From a virus (taxonomy: Duplodnaviria; Caudoviricetes), in the IMG/VR virus record IMGVR_UViG_3300025012_000029, positions 137,145 through 201,144 of that record: 64,000 nt of DNA; one strand, written 5' to 3'. Each line of letters opens with the position of its first letter. Within the stretch, counting starts at the first letter, position 1. Positions 27,004 to 36,767 of this stretch are shown here, piece after piece. Both the position numbers and the translations under genes were made by a program. The notes under the pieces are model-generated. The model ran no database searches. It had not been told where the DNA came from and saw nothing but the letters and a program-made list of their open reading frames with translations.

Positions 27004-29598
27004 TTACAATACCTGCGATGCTATGGTAGCTACGCGACTACGCTCGCCTTTTGTTAACGTTACATGTCCAGCAAAATCAAATTCTTTGAATTTTTCTACT
27101 ACATGAGTTAGTCCATTAGAAGTATCATCGACATGTACGTTATCGATCTGTTCTACATCTCCAGTCAAAACTATTTTACTGTCATTTCCAACTCTTGTTA
27201 GGATGGTTTTCATTTCATGCTTAGTCAATGACTGGCATTCGTCAATTATTATATAAGCATTTTGAATAGATCTACCTCTAATGTATGTTAGAGCTTCAAT
27301 TTCAATTATTCCCTTCTCCATATATTGAGATAACATTAAATGATCATTGGAAAACAAAAACCTTAGATTGTCTTGAATTGGAGAAAGCCATGGTAACATC
27401 TTTTCAGCTACAGTATTATGTGTAACAATATAATCATCAGTTATATATAAATGCTCAGGATCATCAATTAGAATGCATTTAACTTCTTTTTCTCCAATAT
27501 AATTAATTTCTTTTATTTTACTAAAATGTAAATATTTTGCTTTATGTCTATTTGATTTTCTAGAAATAAAAAATGGATTAATTGTTTCTGGAAGACTTAT
27601 TGTAAATTCATATGTACAAAAATTAGATTTAACAATTCTATTATTTATTTTTGTATTGTCATTTTCTTTACGAATTTCTCTTTTTCTTAAAATTGATTTA
27701 CCTCCTAATGAATAAACTAATTCAATAACATCTAATGCCAATTGTTTGCTAGTTGTTATAAAACCGGCTTCTCCTTTTTCTTTTATTGTGCCATCTGTGT
27801 CCATTAATCCTTGCAGTATTGCAATTCTATCTTCTATAGAAGAAAATTTATAAATATTAGGAATAAATTTATCATTACATTTTCTGCCTTCTAAACCTAA
27901 TTTAAATAATTCTTCTTTTATTGGATTGCTCCATTTGTTTTCACAATCTAGAAATTCATATTTAAAATTATCAATAATAAGTTTTTTATCACATCTACTT
28001 TGCAAAGTAGAACGATTAATATCTAATTTTTCTAATGCTTTTCCTATTGAAGAAAATTCTATTTCTTCTTTTGTTATAGAATTAGTTATTTTTATTTTTC
28101 TAGATGGTTTATTATTTGTTTGATATTTTCTTTTTATATTATAAAAAATTGATTTGCCAGGATCACCTAAAATACAATCCATCATTTCCAATTCTTTTCT
28201 TACTCTATCAATAAGTTCGTTATCTATATTAGATATACCAATACTATTTGATATTGATCCATCACCCAATATTGCGCCTAATACATAAGGAGGAATTGGT
28301 AATAATTGTTTATTAAATTGTATAGGTTCGTTTCTTGGTATTGAATGATTAATTTTGTCTCCTATTTTTAATGTTGTTCTAATTTCATTAGTACTGCGTA
28401 TTTTTCCTTTTTTATTTCTTTTTCTTTCCTCGGATGTCTGGGTATACCACAAATGATCATCACAACATTCTGTTTTTCTATTATCAGTAGTTATAATTTC
28501 AAAAACTGATTTTTTTCCTTTTGGAAACGTACCAATAACTTTCGAAGGTTTTCCATTTTTAGCAATAATATAATTTCCAATTTCAATATCACCCATGGTA
28601 GTCCATCCATTGGGAGTTAATATCTTAGCATCTAAAGGTTGTGGGCCAGGCAAAAACCCTATATCTCGACCCATCGGCTGTACAGGCCTTGATATAATCA
28701 ATCTACTATATTTGTGTTCTTTTTCTTTATCTCCGTTTTTTCCATTTCCATTTTTTAGTGGTGATGACATTAATTGTTGTAAACCAGCAGCTACAGCCAA
28801 TAAACTCTTTCCACTTCCTGCTTTTCCAATTAAACTTACAACTGGAATGTTAGGATCCAATAAAATATCTATGGCAAAACTTTGTTCTTTGTTTTTTGGA
28901 GAAATGCCCCAAAGATTTTCACTCTCTTTTACTTTACGAAGAGGAGTATTTTCATCCATATAGCGCGCAATTGCTGTTTTCTTCTCATTTGCGCTTGACA
29001 CTAACATTATAAATTGATTACAGTGAAATCGATTTTTTTGTTTAATAGCATCTTGTTTAGAAATATAAATGTTTTCACCAGAATAAAATCTGTCAATCAA
29101 TTGATCATCAACTAAAAAAGTTGAGAAGCCAGTGTAGATTTGTGATTTTTCTTTTATTGCGCGATTTGGAGTATAGTCTTCTGCTTTTATACCTATAGAG
29201 TCGCATTTAACTCTCATATTTATGTCGCATGAGACAACGACAACTTTAGTATTTGGATTATTTTTTTGTTCTGTTATGGCAGTAGCAATAATTTGGTGGT
29301 CCGGAATAGATGAATCAAAACCAATTGGTAAAACACCAAAATCAAAATTTTTTGCTAATACAAAGCCACTATTCTTTTTTACTCTAACACCAGTTTGCAG
29401 AGATCCTTTCTCCCTTAATGAATCTAATATCCTAATGATTCCACGTGCATTTGTGCCGACGCTATCCACGCGCTTTTTATGATTATCAATTTCTTCTAAA
29501 ACTATTAAAGGAATGACAATGTTGTTTGAGCCATATGAAAATATTGAACGAAAATCAGAAAGATATACGGATGTGTCTAAAATGTATGTTTTTTTCAT
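27004..29598 (-). CDS. phoH: PIN domain + PhoH ATPase precursor containing an intein
   Basis: YILDTSVY PIN motif; GKAGSGKS Walker A; IGFLPG|intein|TVAEKMLPW; YIRGRS, IIDECQ, GDVEQID. Confidence 0.92.
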   Translation of the reverse strand: MKKTYILDTSVYLSDFRSIFSYGSNNIVIPLIVLEEIDNHKKRVDSVGTNARGIIRILDSLREKGSLQTGVRVKKNSGFVLAKNFDFGVLPIGFDSSIPDHQIIATAITEQKNNPNTKVVVVSCDINMRVKCDSIGIKAEDYTPNRAIKEKSQIYTGFSTFLVDDQLIDRFYSGENIYISKQDAIKQKNRFHCNQFIMLVSSANEKKTAIARYMDENTPLRKVKESENLWGISPKNKEQSFAIDILLDPNIPVVSLIGKAGSGKSLLAVAAGLQQLMSSPLKNGNGKNGDKEKEHKYSRLIISRPVQPMGRDIGFLPGPQPLDAKILTPNGWTTMGDIEIGNYIIAKNGKPSKVIGTFPKGKKSVFEIITTDNRKTECCDDHLWYTQTSEERKRNKKGKIRSTNEIRTTLKIGDKINHSIPRNEPIQFNKQLLPIPPYVLGAILGDGSISNSIGISNIDNELIDRVRKELEMMDCILGDPGKSIFYNIKRKYQTNNKPSRKIKITNSITKEEIEFSSIGKALEKLDINRSTLQSRCDKKLIIDNFKYEFLDCENKWSNPIKEELFKLGLEGRKCNDKFIPNIYKFSSIEDRIAILQGLMDTDGTIKEKGEAGFITTSKQLALDVIELVYSLGGKSILRKREIRKENDNTKINNRIVKSNFCTYEFTISLPETINPFFISRKSNRHKAKYLHFSKIKEINYIGEKEVKCILIDDPEHLYITDDYIVTHNTVAEKMLPWLSPIQDNLRFLFSNDHLMLSQYMEKGIIEIEALTYIRGRSIQNAYIIIDECQSLTKHEMKTILTRVGNDSKIVLTGDVEQIDNVHVDDTSNGLTHVVEKFKEFDFAGHVTLTKGERSRVATIASQVL
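27415..28644 (-). mobile_element. Class 3 intein (410 aa) with LAGLIDADG endonuclease
   Basis: Starts with Pro (PQPLDAKILTP); WCT triad CDDHLW, VKCILID, VTHN|T; ILGDG and LMDTDG motifs. Confidence 0.88.
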
Positions 29599-29653
29599 CT
29601 AAAAACCTATTTGGTTACCTCTTTTTGTAAATAGTAGTAGTAGTTAACATTAT

Positions 29654-30541
29654 ATGACTTTGAATAGTATCACAAATCTCAAGAATATAGTCATACTTAT
29701 TACCTCTTTAACTATCGTTAGCTGCTGTAGTTCTAATCATCTATTCAATGATAATGTAGATGTGACTTTTTCTAAAGAAGAAAATATACTCAATGCTGTT
29801 AAAAAATCAGTAGTTAAAATAACGACTATTACGGAATTAACTATTATAGATACTACTACTACAACTACAATATCCAAAGAAATATCTGTATACAGTGGAT
29901 CTGGATCAATAATTAAACAAACAACTACGGGAACATTTATTTTGACCGCTTCACACATATGCGAAGTTAGCGGACTCAAACGAATTATGCTTTACTTTCC
30001 ATATTACAAACCAGAACAACACACGATTAGAACAAAAAGTGAATATCTTATCCAAGATATCGATGGAATAAAACATGCCGCTACTAATATTTCAACAATA
30101 GAAGAGTCAGATACGTGTATCTTGTTATCGACTAAAATTCCAAAACAACCATTAAAAATTTCTGAAACGGCACCTAGACAATCGCAAAGGGCATATACAC
30201 TTGGATTCCCAACTGGATTGTGGGAGATAAATTTTGTTCCCGTTTTTTCTGGATTTTACACAGGAACTATTGATTTGGGTATAAACTCAAAAGATATTAA
30301 CGCATTTTATACTATACCCGCTTCTCCGGGAATATCTGGTGGACCAGTTATAAACATTAACGGAGAAGTTATCGGCATTATTCATTCATATTTATCTAAC
30401 TTTAATGACATATCCTTCGGAGCAACAATCGATCAAGTTAGACAAATATTTGATTTAGCAGAATCGAATTATTTTTCTGATAAACAATTTTACGACTCTC
30501 TTTGTTTAGAATTGGATAAATCTTTATATCCAAAAAATTAA
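29654..30541 (+). CDS. Trypsin-like (S1) serine protease, exported or lipoprotein
   Basis: LTASH, SDTC, PGISGGPV catalytic triad; hydrophobic N-terminus. Confidence 0.85.
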   Translation: MTLNSITNLKNIVILITSLTIVSCCSSNHLFNDNVDVTFSKEENILNAVKKSVVKITTITELTIIDTTTTTTISKEISVYSGSGSIIKQTTTGTFILTASHICEVSGLKRIMLYFPYYKPEQHTIRTKSEYLIQDIDGIKHAATNISTIEESDTCILLSTKIPKQPLKISETAPRQSQRAYTLGFPTGLWEINFVPVFSGFYTGTIDLGINSKDINAFYTIPASPGISGGPVININGEVIGIIHSYLSNFNDISFGATIDQVRQIFDLAESNYFSDKQFYDSLCLELDKSLYPKN

Positions 30542-30546
30542 ATTTT

Positions 30547-31029
30547 TTAATCTTGATTATCGTGTTCCGGTTCTGACAAAACATTATCTCCATATGATTC
30601 GGAGAAAGGTTTAAATCTCTTAATTATATCCTTTAAATTTCTTTCCGTTATGCCTAGAAAACTTGCTGTATCTTTCCTGGAAAAGGTATTACTCAACGCA
30701 AATCCCAATAAAGCTTCCCTTGTTATATTTGGCATAAGTGCCCAAAGTGGAAATCCGTAAAACTTGTTATTAGCTAGCATCCTTGTTGTTACTTCTAATT
30801 TTAATTGAATTACTTCTTCAAGAGTTAAATGGCTCAACATTATTTCGAAATCTTCACTAGATTTACCTTGAGAACGAAGTTTAATTGATATTGCCTCAAC
30901 TGTTTTTAATCTTCCTTGCTTTCTTCTGTTTAACCAATACATCTTTTTTGCGAAGAAGCGCTCTCTCATTAAATTCTTTCCAGCCATACCACCTGTTATC
31001 CCTTTCTGGGTATAATTTTGTTGTATCAA
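30547..31029 (-). CDS. Hypothetical protein with a possible C-terminal HTH; start probably downstream of the called one
   Basis: DTASFLGITERNL HTH-like segment. Confidence 0.55.
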   Translation of the reverse strand: MIQQNYTQKGITGGMAGKNLMRERFFAKKMYWLNRRKQGRLKTVEAISIKLRSQGKSSEDFEIMLSHLTLEEVIQLKLEVTTRMLANNKFYGFPLWALMPNITREALLGFALSNTFSRKDTASFLGITERNLKDIIKRFKPFSESYGDNVLSEPEHDNQD

Positions 31030-31339
31030 ATAGCATCATAACGCAACATGCCGCATGAGCTAAGTGTGAAAGTCCAGATTCAGGATCAATGTCTTTTCCC
31101 GCGTTAAAAGCATTAATATGCCTCATTGCCGCATCAGATAAACGAGTCCAATCAAATCCTGACATCCAATTATATGAAGCATATTTCTTCGCGCCATATG
31201 TCATAACTTTAGCGACCTCTTCTAATGCCAAATTTGGCACTAAAGACATTTTAGGTTTTTCTTGATCGAATTTTACACCAGAATTATTTAAATCTATTTG
31301 AATTTGTTTTGATTTGGTTGTTTTATTTTTCAAAGCCAT
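30896..31339 (-). CDS. dATP/dGTP diphosphohydrolase (DUF5664 family)
   Basis: GVKFDQEKP, VMTYGAKKY, NW, AAMRH, DPESGLSHLAHAAC. Confidence 0.9.
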   Translation of the reverse strand: MALKNKTTKSKQIQIDLNNSGVKFDQEKPKMSLVPNLALEEVAKVMTYGAKKYASYNWMSGFDWTRLSDAAMRHINAFNAGKDIDPESGLSHLAHAACCVMMLFDTTKLYPERDNRWYGWKEFNERALLRKKDVLVKQKKARKIKNS

Positions 31340-34116
31340 TAAATAGTCTGTTCTTTCTTTTCAGAATTTATATTATCAAATTCACTTTCGGAATCTTCAA
31401 ATGAATTAGTAATGTCGCTACCAGCGTTAGGTTCTTCTATTTGAGAAGTCAACTCGCCTTCAAACTTATCAAAATACATACGTAAATTTACCATGAGATA
31501 ATCATAAAAAACTTTCTGGTCTTCATTGTCGCTCAGTATATTGTAACTGTCAAGTATATTTTTCTCCAATTTATCATATGTCGTCATTGCCATATTTCTT
31601 CCTGTTTCGTTCTTTCCAGGAATGGAAAAATTTTGATTTTTCTTTAATAACTTTTGAAATTTTTTCGTATTTCCATCAACATCTATAAATTTTGAGGATG
31701 CGTCTGGAATTGAATCTTGTTCATCTCCAACATTAACAGATATTTCATCTACCTGTTGTTCCATAGAATCTTCTGGAGTTTTTATCATCCCTCCAGCATT
31801 TTGATTAATATCGGCGGTTGTTAATGTTTTGTTAACAGCATTCAAAATATGTGCTCTAAAAGATAGCCTCTGTTCTTTACTTGAGGTTAATGTTTTATAA
31901 TCTTGTTCTAGTTGTGAAATTATCTTTTTGAGTAATTCTTCTAAAATATTTATCCCAGTGGAAGGATGAACAGTGTCAGGAACTTCAGACTTGGCTTCAA
32001 CTAATACCCTTCTGAATTGTTCTCTCAATATATTTGTGGCTCGTTCTCGTGAAGATAGTGTTTCACATAAAGATTCTTTTATAAAATTTTTAACAATATT
32101 TCTTAGCATCATCTCAGCCATTATTTTTCGGCGATCGATAAAAACTGTTTCATCCATTTCATTCCACGGACCTTTAATTCTTTTCTTGCTAAAATTCGTT
32201 GGCGTTCTTTCAATAGAACCTTCAATAGAACCTGCTGTTGCTCCCATTGCTGACATTTCATCTAACTGTTTATTGTCTTTCTTCATAGTCTTATCAATAA
32301 GTATCATCCAGACTTGTTCTTTTTCTTGTGTGGATAAATGAGTTGGCATTAGTTTAAAAAAATTTTGTTTATCATTGTTTGCGATTAAATCTCTTATTTT
32401 TGTAGCGCTTATATTTGAATATTTGCCAACATTTGTTGTTATCGTTTTTATTTTAACGCCAAGATTATTTTTATCAGACCATTCTTGTGCCCTAGAAAAT
32501 CTAGTGTCATCTAAATCTTTTTCTCCAAGAGCCAACACTAAAGTATCGCCAGGATTCATTTCAGACATCATATCATATACGTCTCTTACTGGTGAAGTAA
32601 CTTTGGAAATTAATATTTTTACTTTTGGATCATTTTGAGTGAATATTTTCCATATCTTAGCAGATTTTTGTTCCGTTATTTCAATTTGACGTAAAGAATC
32701 AAACCTCGATTTGGGAGAAATAACAACTCTTACTTCGTCTATGTTCGGAAAATCAGATAAATATTTGACACCAAGATAATGCCCAATATGTGGTGGTTTA
32801 AATCCTCCAGGAACTAGACTAATAATTCTATTTTTATCACTTTCTTTTATTATGTCCTTGAGGGGAGGTATTTTTCCCCGTCCATATTTAAACATTCCTA
32901 AAATTTGATTTATAGGAGCAAAATTACCAGTAAATTTATATGTTATTCCATCATATACAAATACAAATCCTTCTGATGCCGTGAATATGTTTTCAGCAGT
33001 TTTGAGTTTTTCTAATTGACGTTTTAATATGGAAATTGCCTCATCCTGTCCAGAACGTTCGATTGTGGCAACTGCTTGAGTAATTTCTCCACGAAGACGT
33101 TTCACTTCTTTATCATTGTCTAATATAAAAGCGCTTTCCAAACCCTTGAGAGCTTCAACGGAAAAATCGTGAATTATATCTTCTAGTGGAGCTATAGCTT
33201 TTTTGAGGATAAATGCTGGATTATCAGCAATTGCTTTAACTTTTTGTTTTTGTTCATCCGGAGTTCTTTCAAGAATTTTATCAATTCTCAACCCTGAAGT
33301 TCCGAGTATTTTATTAGTTAAATCACGAATTATAGCTGGAGTTAACCCTGGAATTTCTTTTTTGAGAAACTTAGCAACTCTCAAAGATATATATTCTCCA
33401 ACAGTTTGTTTGTCAGAAATCTTTGTTTCTTCTTGTAATTGGGATAGGCGTGATAATGCTATGTGAAGTGGTTTTTTACTGTCCAACATTTTCAAAGTTC
33501 GAACAGCATCATTTACAACATTAAAATTACCAGGTTGTCCAATTGTCTGAATTTTATCTATGGCAGTTTTTAGAACATTATAATTTTCCAATATATCAAC
33601 ATCTTTTACATGTCCAGTTTCTCTATCAAAGAACGCATGTCCTGTTTGATGAATTAGCAGATTTTTATTATCATATTGGATAACATTTGGCATGCCAGGA
33701 TCTAATATTTCTACATTGTAATAAATTTCTGCGTCATTACCAAAAATCTTTTGTCGCGCTGATGGATGAAGTTGAGAAATAGCTTGTTCCCAAGAACTCA
33801 TAGCCTCTTTGAACGACTCTGACATGTTGGGTCTATCGGAGAATTTTTTAATCAACCCATTAGCATCTAATCCTCCACTCTTTATGTTACTTTTATTTCT
33901 GGCTGCTTTAGCTTTACCATCTTTATTTGAAAAAGATAAAAATAGATTGATTCCATCAGTTTTTTCTGTTCCTAGTAATTTACCTCCAGAAGCTTGTTTC
34001 AAGACATCTTTAATTTGTCCAAAAGTTAAATTTGGGTTGTCATAGAGATGGGCAAGGTGTCCTGCTAAACCACCGATATTATTCACCATTTTGTGAAAAG
34101 CCTGATTGATTTTCAC
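31339..34116 (-). CDS. Large multidomain phage protein with a HIGH-motif nucleotidyltransferase-like domain
   Basis: N-terminal GHLAHLYD...TEKTDGINL...SEGFVF domain; GGFKPPHIGH and ISATKIR motifs. Confidence 0.75.
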   Translation of the reverse strand: MKINQAFHKMVNNIGGLAGHLAHLYDNPNLTFGQIKDVLKQASGGKLLGTEKTDGINLFLSFSNKDGKAKAARNKSNIKSGGLDANGLIKKFSDRPNMSESFKEAMSSWEQAISQLHPSARQKIFGNDAEIYYNVEILDPGMPNVIQYDNKNLLIHQTGHAFFDRETGHVKDVDILENYNVLKTAIDKIQTIGQPGNFNVVNDAVRTLKMLDSKKPLHIALSRLSQLQEETKISDKQTVGEYISLRVAKFLKKEIPGLTPAIIRDLTNKILGTSGLRIDKILERTPDEQKQKVKAIADNPAFILKKAIAPLEDIIHDFSVEALKGLESAFILDNDKEVKRLRGEITQAVATIERSGQDEAISILKRQLEKLKTAENIFTASEGFVFVYDGITYKFTGNFAPINQILGMFKYGRGKIPPLKDIIKESDKNRIISLVPGGFKPPHIGHYLGVKYLSDFPNIDEVRVVISPKSRFDSLRQIEITEQKSAKIWKIFTQNDPKVKILISKVTSPVRDVYDMMSEMNPGDTLVLALGEKDLDDTRFSRAQEWSDKNNLGVKIKTITTNVGKYSNISATKIRDLIANNDKQNFFKLMPTHLSTQEKEQVWMILIDKTMKKDNKQLDEMSAMGATAGSIEGSIERTPTNFSKKRIKGPWNEMDETVFIDRRKIMAEMMLRNIVKNFIKESLCETLSSRERATNILREQFRRVLVEAKSEVPDTVHPSTGINILEELLKKIISQLEQDYKTLTSSKEQRLSFRAHILNAVNKTLTTADINQNAGGMIKTPEDSMEQQVDEISVNVGDEQDSIPDASSKFIDVDGNTKKFQKLLKKNQNFSIPGKNETGRNMAMTTYDKLEKNILDSYNILSDNEDQKVFYDYLMVNLRMYFDKFEGELTSQIEEPNAGSDITNSFEDSESEFDNINSEKKEQTI

Positions 34117-34384
34117 TTATCCAAGTTCTATTTTTTAAAATCGCTCTTATACATCCTCTAGAAACATTAAACTCTTTTGCTAATCCAACTTGTGTATTTT
34201 CATTTTGTTTCCATTTTTTTCGTATTAGGTTAACTTTATTCCAAGTCTTTTGCAAATGATCATTATCGTGTTCATTTCTTAACAAATCTTTTTTATGTTC
34301 TAAAAATCTTTTACGAAACGAAATAGTGCTTCCCACACAAACCTTACCATTGACAAGATTTTTTATTTGGTAAATGCCGCTCAT
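34079..34384 (-). pseudogene. Internally deleted GIY-YIG homing endonuclease
   Basis: SGIYQIKNLVNGKVCVGS...R...H directly fused to an HTH tail (LAKEFNVSRGCI). Confidence 0.7.
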
Positions 34385-34677
34385 TATCTTTTCCTAATTT
34401 TCTTTTCCTTGAGTACAGTATTCTCTTCCTCAAGTATAGAAATTTTTTCTTCCAGGCGCTTAACATGCCTTTTTACGTTTAAGAGATTTTCTCTTGCCAC
34501 TTCTAATCTTCTTGAGTCTCCTACTGTTCTGGGGGTAAATGTTGACAATACATCCGTCAATGATTGAATATAACTGTTTATTCCAGCTACTCCTTCATTT
34601 AGTAAAAAATCTCTCTGTAAGATATTGAGAAAATCTCTTGATTTCATTTTACTCTTCAACCTTTTCTTCAACAACAC
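34384..34677 (-). CDS. Hypothetical coiled-coil protein
   Basis: ORF in operon. Confidence 0.65.
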   Translation of the reverse strand: MLLKKRLKSKMKSRDFLNILQRDFLLNEGVAGINSYIQSLTDVLSTFTPRTVGDSRRLEVARENLLNVKRHVKRLEEKISILEEENTVLKEKKIRKR

Positions 34678-34834
34678 TTACAAAAGACTCTTCTTCCACT
34701 TCTTGAATTGATTCAACCACTATTGCCGATTCTGAAACTACAACCGGAGATGTAACTTCAACTGGAACTTGAACATTTCCGACCTGAAGATTTCTTTCAA
34801 TCATTTTTTTCTGTCGTCTTCTACGTGGATTCAT
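34649..34834 (-). CDS. Hypothetical protein
   Basis: Small ORF, low-complexity V/E tail. Confidence 0.5.
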   Translation of the reverse strand: MNPRRRRQKKMIERNLQVGNVQVPVEVTSPVVVSESAIVVESIQEVEEESFVSVVEEKVEE

Positions 34835-35129
34835 TATTATTCTCCTTTTTTTCTACTTTAATCCAACGACGCATAAGCTCTTCATTTAAACGAATTTTAT
34901 TTTTCGTTAAATGTTCCTTATCTTCTGGCATTATTTTTTCAGCAGATGTTTCATTTTTTCTAGCTAATTTCTCAAAATAACTTTCTTTAATTGTTTTTTT
35001 AGTAGTTTCTGCAGCATCATTAACTGTTTCTTCTTCAGCTTCATCGACAGGATTGTCATATTTTATGCTATTTAGTCTTTTAGTACCTTTCATTATTATT
35101 CTCCTTTTTAATTTTGTCTTCGTAATCAC
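34821..35129 (-). CDS. Hypothetical protein
   Basis: ORF in operon. Confidence 0.55.
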   Translation of the reverse strand: MITKTKLKRRIIMKGTKRLNSIKYDNPVDEAEEETVNDAAETTKKTIKESYFEKLARKNETSAEKIMPEDKEHLTKNKIRLNEELMRRWIKVEKKENNNEST

Positions 35130-35538
35130 GAAAAATTAGATTGCCTGCTAGATATGCTTCTTCTTCCATTCGTCTCAAATGAGAATTTTCCTGTGCGTAT
35201 CCTTCATCAGTAGAATGTCCTTGAAGATCTCCTCGGCAATTCTGAGCATGATGCACAATTTCGTGGGTTAGACTCCTACAAACATCTTTTATATGCCTTC
35301 CAGTTATGAATATAGAAATTTTCTTTTGTTCTGGATCGTAGAAAGCTGTTTTTCCTAGAGGATTACTAGCATTTTTACTACTATGAATGAAAGAAATTTT
35401 AGCATCTTCATCAAATTGAAGACACTCTTTCGCATATCCATATAATCCTCTAATTAAGTCTTGGTATTCTGAAATGATTTTTACATTCTTATTCATACGT
35501 TTGTTATGTAAATAGTTCAAAACATAACTTGAACCCAA
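35080..35538 (-). CDS. HExxH metallopeptidase-like protein; start probably MNKNVK
   Basis: RSLTHEIVHHAQ, EEEAY. Confidence 0.7.
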   Translation of the reverse strand: MGSSYVLNYLHNKRMNKNVKIISEYQDLIRGLYGYAKECLQFDEDAKISFIHSSKNASNPLGKTAFYDPEQKKISIFITGRHIKDVCRSLTHEIVHHAQNCRGDLQGHSTDEGYAQENSHLRRMEEEAYLAGNLIFRDYEDKIKKENNNERY

Positions 35539-35864
35539 GCATACAATACTATCATATAAGAAATACTTACAATAAATGTTCCAATTATACCTATGGGAGT
35601 TGTAACATATTTGAAAATAGTAAGAATAAAGAAAGGAATTAACAATCCTTTAATGAAAATAAAAGATACTCTCGAATGCTCTAAAAGATAATACATTAGA
35701 GGATTGTAATCACTAAGTGTTGGAAAATTTATAAATTTTAAAGACAAAATAGCATCTATAAAATTTGTTATTAGTGTAAATAAGAGAAGGATTTTAAGTA
35801 TTCTAATGGTATTTTCACGGATCCCACATGGGATGATTACAGGATATAAAGAAAACCTTTTCAT
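35517..35864 (-). CDS. Small membrane protein (DUF5658-like)
   Basis: Three hydrophobic helices; DAILS and YNPLM motifs. Confidence 0.6.
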   Translation of the reverse strand: MKRFSLYPVIIPCGIRENTIRILKILLLFTLITNFIDAILSLKFINFPTLSDYNPLMYYLLEHSRVSFIFIKGLLIPFFILTIFKYVTTPIGIIGTFIVSISYMIVLYAWVQVMF

Positions 35865-36063
35865 TTTTTTGAATCCATGAACATTTTTTATTTTTCAAAA
35901 ACAGACACATCATCTTATATGCTTCTGAATGAGAAGCAAATTCAAAATGTTTTATTTTACAATAATATTTACTTATCCAATAAACACGCCATGTAATAAA
36001 TATCTTTGGAAAAGCTTTAGAAGGACATTCAATCTTTTCCCATTTTTCTTCCTTTTTTTTCAT
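35815..36063 (-). CDS. Hypothetical protein, paralogous tail to 61796..62068
   Basis: EAYKMMCLFLKNKKCSWIQK versus EAYKMMCDNLSKGTCSWVEK. Confidence 0.55.
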   Translation of the reverse strand: MKKKEEKWEKIECPSKAFPKIFITWRVYWISKYYCKIKHFEFASHSEAYKMMCLFLKNKKCSWIQKNEKVFFISCNHPMWDP

Positions 36064-36301
36064 GACGTTTAACCTTCGCTTCTAATTTTATAACAGCCAA
36101 TGGTGTTTTAATTGTAATTCCCCTCATAGTTCTAATTTGTGCTATTACGCATTGTCTATTTATGCCTATTTCCTTAGTATAAATATCAACTATTATACCA
36201 TAACTTTTTTCACCACCCAATTCAGTAAACGATACACAATCACCTTTATCAAAATTCTTGAGATAATTAAAACCAAATATATTGGGTTCGTTTGTAATCA
36301 T
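36029..36301 (-). CDS. Hypothetical protein
   Basis: ORF in operon. Confidence 0.55.
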   Translation of the reverse strand: MITNEPNIFGFNYLKNFDKGDCVSFTELGGEKSYGIIVDIYTKEIGINRQCVIAQIRTMRGITIKTPLAVIKLEAKVKRHEKKGRKMGKD

Positions 36302-36711
36302 TGTTTTTTAAAGCGTTCGCATGCTTCTTCAACATATGTATATACCCATTTAGCCATCTCCTTATTATAATTATCTCCATTAATAGTAATTTTGAGACGT
36401 GTAGCTAATTCTTGGCCGCGCCGCCAAGCATCTATCTCTTCAGCAATAGCATCTATTTGGTAGATTTTAGAATGTTCTATATATCGTTTTTTAAAAGAAT
36501 CAAGTTTTTTATTGATAACAACATGTCCACATTCATGAACGAGAGCATATAATTGAGATTCTTTTTTATATCTCGTACATATTGTTATTGTTTTTTCAAT
36601 AAAATTGATTTCATCATCATAAAGAAATCCAAAATATATTTTATAACCTAGCTTCGAAGCCCAACGAGTTAATTTTTTAATACCCAATTCAATTTTTCTT
36701 TCAGAAAACAT
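36298..36711 (-). CDS. HExxH metallopeptidase-like protein
   Basis: LVHECGH, EEIDAW. Confidence 0.65.
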   Translation of the reverse strand: MFSERKIELGIKKLTRWASKLGYKIYFGFLYDDEINFIEKTITICTRYKKESQLYALVHECGHVVINKKLDSFKKRYIEHSKIYQIDAIAEEIDAWRRGQELATRLKITINGDNYNKEMAKWVYTYVEEACERFKKQ

Positions 36712-36726
36712 AGGTATCCTATTCTT

Positions 36727-36755
36727 ATCTTAGCATTACAATAAAACGTTGTCAA
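36727..36755 (-). promoter_or_regulatory. Sigma70-like promoter
   Basis: TTGACA-17 nt-TAAGAT upstream of 36711. Confidence 0.6.
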
Positions 36756-36767
36756 GATAATTTGATG

